From the IMG/VR virus record IMGVR_UViG_3300035498_000956: a DNA stretch of 64,000 nucleotides. One strand, given 5' to 3'. Positions 61,565-64,000 of this stretch are shown in pieces. The notes below the pieces were generated by a model that searched no databases, had not been told where the DNA came from, and saw only the letters and a list, made by a program, of their open reading frames with translations. How positions within the stretch are numbered: position 1 is the stretch's first letter; each line of letters starts with the position of its first letter. Both the position numbers and the translations under genes were made by a program. The stretch is from a virus (lineage: Duplodnaviria > Caudoviricetes).

Positions 61565-61593
61565 ATTATATCATATTCTATAAAAAAAGACAA
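61565..61593 (-). promoter_or_regulatory. sigmaA-type promoter for dnaE, overlapping the upstream terminator
   Basis: On the - strand: TTGTCT, 17 bp, TG-a-TATAAT. Confidence 0.7.
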
Positions 61594-61626
61594 GATAATT
61601 TTTATTTTTAAATTATCTTGTCTTTT
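61585..61626 (-). terminator. Intrinsic terminator
   Basis: AAAAGACAAGATAATTT / AAATTATCTTGTCTTTT inverted repeat. Confidence 0.75.
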
Positions 61627-61636
61627 CTCCTTTCTT

Positions 61637-61861
61637 TTAATTATATTTTTTTCTTACTGATGTAACCCAATATTGATCAATTATTTCTCCTTTTGATTTC
61701 TTTTCTTTTTTAACAGAACCATATGATACTAATTCATATCCCTCCTTAAAAGAATTTTCTTTAATTTGCTCAATAAACTTCGTAACCATTTCCTCTGAAT
61801 CAATTCTATACTTTTCTGTTCTCTCTAAAAGTTCTGCTCCAATAATCATATTCTCTTCCAT
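61637..61861 (-). CDS. Hypothetical protein
   Basis: GGAGG RBS and its own promoter. Confidence 0.75.
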   Translation of the reverse strand: MEENMIIGAELLERTEKYRIDSEEMVTKFIEQIKENSFKEGYELVSYGSVKKEKKSKGEIIDQYWVTSVRKKYN

Positions 61862-61900
61862 ATTAAATCCTCCTGAGGTCTTTTCTCATTTTCTATATAT

Positions 61901-61929
61901 ATTATATCATACTTTCTGGTAAAAATCAA
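61901..61929 (-). promoter_or_regulatory. sigmaA-type promoter
   Basis: On the - strand: TTGATT, 17 bp, TG-a-TATAAT. Confidence 0.7.
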
Positions 61930-61935
61930 TAGGAA

Positions 61936-63681
61936 TTAGAAATCTAAATTAGAAATTTCTTTAAACTCCATATTTTCTATTAATATTTGAGGTGTACTCA
62001 CACCATTCCAATTGTTTATATTTGGTTTACCTACAACAGTAGCATTGAATGCACCATTCATCTGCTGAATTTTCTCTATTGTATCTGTTGCTTTAAATTG
62101 AATATAAGTGGTATTATTAAATGTAAATTTAAGTGTATCAGCATTTTTACCAATCACATCATACTTTTCTATAGGAACGTTCTCGATCAAAATTAATCCT
62201 TCAGGATTGCCTTGTCCCCATAGATTTGATGCTTCACCTAATTCTAATATCATCTTTTTTAATTTAGCAGAATTACCATTAACTATATAGTCCACTTCAT
62301 AAAAACCACTATTAAAATCAATAGACTCTAGTTCTTTATTTGCATATTGAATTAACTTATTAATTTGTGAAGTTTTTATTCCAAATCCTGCCGCATTTTT
62401 ATGTCCCTCTACATATTCCATATAATTACTTGAATCTAAAAATGCTTTAAAATCTTGCAATTCACTATCATTTAATCCTCTCATTGAGCCGCGGAAATAG
62501 CCATCAGAACATTGTCTACCTAATAATGTTGGTTTTTTATGAGTTGCGGCGATATTCATTGCCATTAATCCAGTTAATGTTGTACTTGTATGTAAATCAG
62601 AAGCATCTACAACTAAAATTTTATTTTCATCTAAGTTATTATTAAAAATTTGAATCTCTAAAGCTTCAATTCCTTTTTCCTTTTCTCTATTTTGTCTAGC
62701 TCTAGCATTAACACAATTTCGGGCGCTTTGTTCAGCTAAACATTCAAATTGACCAGCTTTTGCACCACGCTTTGTGGACTGAACCATTTTATCTCCATCT
62801 ACAAATGCTTCAAACAAAATTTCCTTTTCTCGCATACTACCAACTCTAATAAGAGCATTTACTATTGGTGTTATATAAAAACTTATGTCATTTGGTGTTA
62901 AATTTGAAGTATTACCAATAGAGAAAGATTGTTTTTCAATTAATTCTCTTAATGCAGGATTATTAATATGGCTTAAACCCCAGGCATTAATAAAACGATT
63001 TTCTAATGTTGTAACTTGTGCCATATCACCTATTGATCCTACTGCCGCAAGATCAAGATAATAATCTGCATTGTCAATTCCCAATTTTTCATCAAGTACA
63101 CAAAGGAATTTATATACGACACTCGCGCCTGTTAGCTGTTTATTTGGATAATTTTGACTCAATTGATTATTTATAACAATAGCATCTTCACTATAATGTG
63201 GAGCTTCGTGGTGATCAAGTACTAATATATCATATCCAGCCTCTTTTAAAATTTTATGATATTCATAATCATTACTTGAAGAGTCTGGTAATATTATTAA
63301 ATCAAATTGCTTAGAATCTTGTAAATCTTCCATTTGATCTTCTAGACCATGTTGTTTGCCTTCATGGAGTTTATAAGATAAACTCGTATCAGGTTTATAC
63401 TTCTTAATATAATTCCATAAAGCAGATGCAGATGTTATGCCGTCTTGGTCACAGTCTTGAATAATAAGAATTTTACTATCATTATTCAAATGCTTAATTA
63501 ATAAATCAGCACCTTCACCAATATTATCCAACAAATATGGATCTAGTAAATTTTCTTTAGAGGGATATAAAAATTGTTTAAATTCCTCTTCTGAATTATT
63601 AATGATACCTCTATCAACTAATAAATTAAAAAGAAAGTTATCATTAACATCTTGTCTAACTTTTTTTTGTATATATTGCAT
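61936..63681 (-). CDS. recJ: RecJ-like ssDNA exonuclease (DHH/DHHA1)
   Basis: DCDQDG, LDHH, GSIGDM, GSMRG and GHKNAAG motifs. Confidence 0.93.
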   Translation of the reverse strand: MQYIQKKVRQDVNDNFLFNLLVDRGIINNSEEEFKQFLYPSKENLLDPYLLDNIGEGADLLIKHLNNDSKILIIQDCDQDGITSASALWNYIKKYKPDTSLSYKLHEGKQHGLEDQMEDLQDSKQFDLIILPDSSSNDYEYHKILKEAGYDILVLDHHEAPHYSEDAIVINNQLSQNYPNKQLTGASVVYKFLCVLDEKLGIDNADYYLDLAAVGSIGDMAQVTTLENRFINAWGLSHINNPALRELIEKQSFSIGNTSNLTPNDISFYITPIVNALIRVGSMREKEILFEAFVDGDKMVQSTKRGAKAGQFECLAEQSARNCVNARARQNREKEKGIEALEIQIFNNNLDENKILVVDASDLHTSTTLTGLMAMNIAATHKKPTLLGRQCSDGYFRGSMRGLNDSELQDFKAFLDSSNYMEYVEGHKNAAGFGIKTSQINKLIQYANKELESIDFNSGFYEVDYIVNGNSAKLKKMILELGEASNLWGQGNPEGLILIENVPIEKYDVIGKNADTLKFTFNNTTYIQFKATDTIEKIQQMNGAFNATVVGKPNINNWNGVSTPQILIENMEFKEISNLDF

Positions 63682-63685
63682 TTAA

Positions 63686-64000
63686 CTAACCTACCTTAAT
63701 TCTATTTTTAATTAATTGAATTAACTTCTCTTGACCTCTATCAATAGGAGAATCTTTATGATTTAATAAACCATAATCATCTAATATAAAGCTCATTTGA
63801 CAGTAATTCTTATATCGTACACATTTATCCCATAACTTTTGAAAATATTTATCTCGTTCTTGTCGATTTGTAAATTCTTTATCAAAAGCTATGATAATTT
63901 CTCGCGCTCCAGCATCCATTAATAATTGGATTTGATATTTATTAAAATTACTGCCGCAAACTGCAACAGAATTATTATTAAAAATACCTTCTTGCATTAA
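63686..64000 (-). CDS. dnaG: DNA primase, C-terminal TOPRIM fragment (gene starts beyond the window)
   Basis: SVAVCGS, IIIAFDKE and KDSPID motifs. Confidence 0.75.
   Translation of the reverse strand, partial: LMQEGIFNNNSVAVCGSNFNKYQIQLLMDAGAREIIIAFDKEFTNRQERDKYFQKLWDKCVRYKNYCQMSFILDDYGLLNHKDSPIDRGQEKLIQLIKNRIKVG

Noticed and set aside
1-64000. tRNA or rRNA genes, and the remaining short antisense or nested ORFs in the track
   Set aside because: No cloverleaf or T-loop signatures were noticed in intergenic gaps by eye. The short ORFs lie inside long genes and lack an RBS.

Overview
A 64 kb AT-rich segment of a large tailed phage of a Firmicutes host, with sigmaA-type TTGACA/TATAAT promoters and GGAGG ribosome-binding sites. 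The gene order recalls SPbeta-like or large gut siphoviruses. From left to right: (i) about 2.6 kb of probable terminus/packaging DNA, containing a modular CCTAAG/CAGTAC tandem array, a DEDDh exonuclease gene, iteron-like repeats, palindromes and a 24-bp perfect hairpin; (ii) the + strand virion operon: terminase, portal, scaffold/protease, decoration, major capsid, neck proteins, five tandem tail-tube paralogs (four carrying large unrelated insertions), tape measure, Dit and Tal; (iii) a five-gene Gln/Asn/Cys-rich accessory operon behind palindromic operator-like boxes; (iv) a convergent - strand replication block (RuvC-like, dUTPase, ClpP-like, DnaE, RecJ, partial primase). Six group I introns can be mapped to the nucleotide: two in terL, three in the tape measure gene and one in the accessory membrane protein gene. 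Four of them encode homing endonucleases. They create 56-nt and 30-nt micro-exons that the ORF track misses. One intron appears to have a non-canonical G-C 5' splice site and its own internal promoter upstream of its guide sequence. All calls are by eye from motifs and synteny; no database searches or computations were run.
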